Part shown: positions 36,393-36,892 of the stretch, in pieces | Position numbering within the stretch: the stretch's first letter is position 1 | How the letters are laid out: every line of letters begins with the position of its first letter | IMG/VR virus record: IMGVR_UViG_3300036783_000128 | Span: 1 to 36,892 of that record | DNA from: a virus | Taxonomy: Duplodnaviria; Caudoviricetes | Length of the DNA: 36,892 nucleotides | Reading direction: 5' to 3' (one strand) | Program-made: the position numbers and the translations under genes | The notes under the pieces: generated by a model | Databases searched by the model: none | What the model saw: the letters and a program-made list of their open reading frames with translations, nothing else | What the model was told of the DNA's origin: nothing

Positions 36393-36752
36393 CTATTCTC
36401 GATTTTTCTTCGATTCAAGCACTTGTTTTACAGCGTTTTTTACTAACTTTTGTTTTGGTGTAGGTAACGAAGCAACTTTTTCTTCAATTAACATATTTAT
36501 TACTTCATAAATTTTCATATCTTCAATTGTAGCAAGTGTTGATATTGCTGTGTGTGTTTCTAATGAAACCCGGAAAGATTTTGGTAACTCTTTTGTAGTG
36601 AGTTTTCTCTTAGGTTTTTCAAAGAGCTTATCATCGTCAGGAAAACTACGTTCTTGATTTTCTTTACTTTCGGGTGTAAAGGTTACTGACCCTTCAGTTT
36701 TCTTTCTTCTCATACCGAGCTGTTCTTTGTCTATATTCAATTTGTTATCCAT
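36393..36752 (-). CDS. Probable type Ib centromere-binding (RHH) partition protein
   Basis: Disordered N-terminus, then KSFRVSLETHTAISTLA...IYEVINMLIE; overlaps the parA stop. Confidence 0.65.
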   Translation of the reverse strand: MDNKLNIDKEQLGMRRKKTEGSVTFTPESKENQERSFPDDDKLFEKPKRKLTTKELPKSFRVSLETHTAISTLATIEDMKIYEVINMLIEEKVASLPTPKQKLVKNAVKQVLESKKNRE

Positions 36753-36891
36753 TTACCGTTGTCATTCCTTCCAAAATCTCAATTCTTTTTTCAACTTCAC
36801 CTGCAATATTTTGGTATACAGTATGAACGTTTTTATCATGAACATCTTTTAGATTATAAGTGATTCCTGTTCTATCAAATCTCTTTAAGCG
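36745..36891 (-). CDS. parA: ParA-family ATPase, C-terminal end (truncated by the window edge)
   Basis: RLKRFDRTGITYNLKDVHDKNVHTVYQNIAGEVEKRI, typical of Firmicutes plasmid ParA C-termini. Confidence 0.6.
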   Translation of the reverse strand, partial: RLKRFDRTGITYNLKDVHDKNVHTVYQNIAGEVEKRIEILEGMTTVNG

Positions 36892-36892
36892 T

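Overview
A Bacillus cereus-group temperate siphophage, very probably a plasmid-type prophage. Support for the plasmid lifestyle: a ParA C-terminus with two small partition-type genes and an 8-bp-period repeat at the right edge, plus a dif-like Xer site at 6410. Gene order on the + strand: late replication genes (MazG, RecU), ArpU/RinA-type late activator, a ~3 kb accessory region, terminase, portal, minor capsid, scaffold, capsid, tail, XhlA/holin/endolysin, then accessory genes. The minor capsid carries a C-terminal EndoU-type toxin followed by a likely immunity gene, i.e. the known MuF polymorphic-toxin arrangement. The most unusual signals are non-coding. (1) An array of cassettes (1977-3302) delimited by a recurring 19-bp YAAA-N7-TTTG motif; four cassettes contain minus-strand sRNA-like units, three with sporulation sigma-like promoters and C-rich anti-SD segments. 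(2) A second plus-strand cluster of tiny SigE/SigK-type promoter-terminator units. (3) A ~470-nt highly structured leader after the late promoter. (4) Two tandem, sequence-divergent but architecturally identical three-gene cassettes, each with a predicted antisense RNA and a long-range pairing over the first start codon. All calls were read by eye; no database search or folding program was run.
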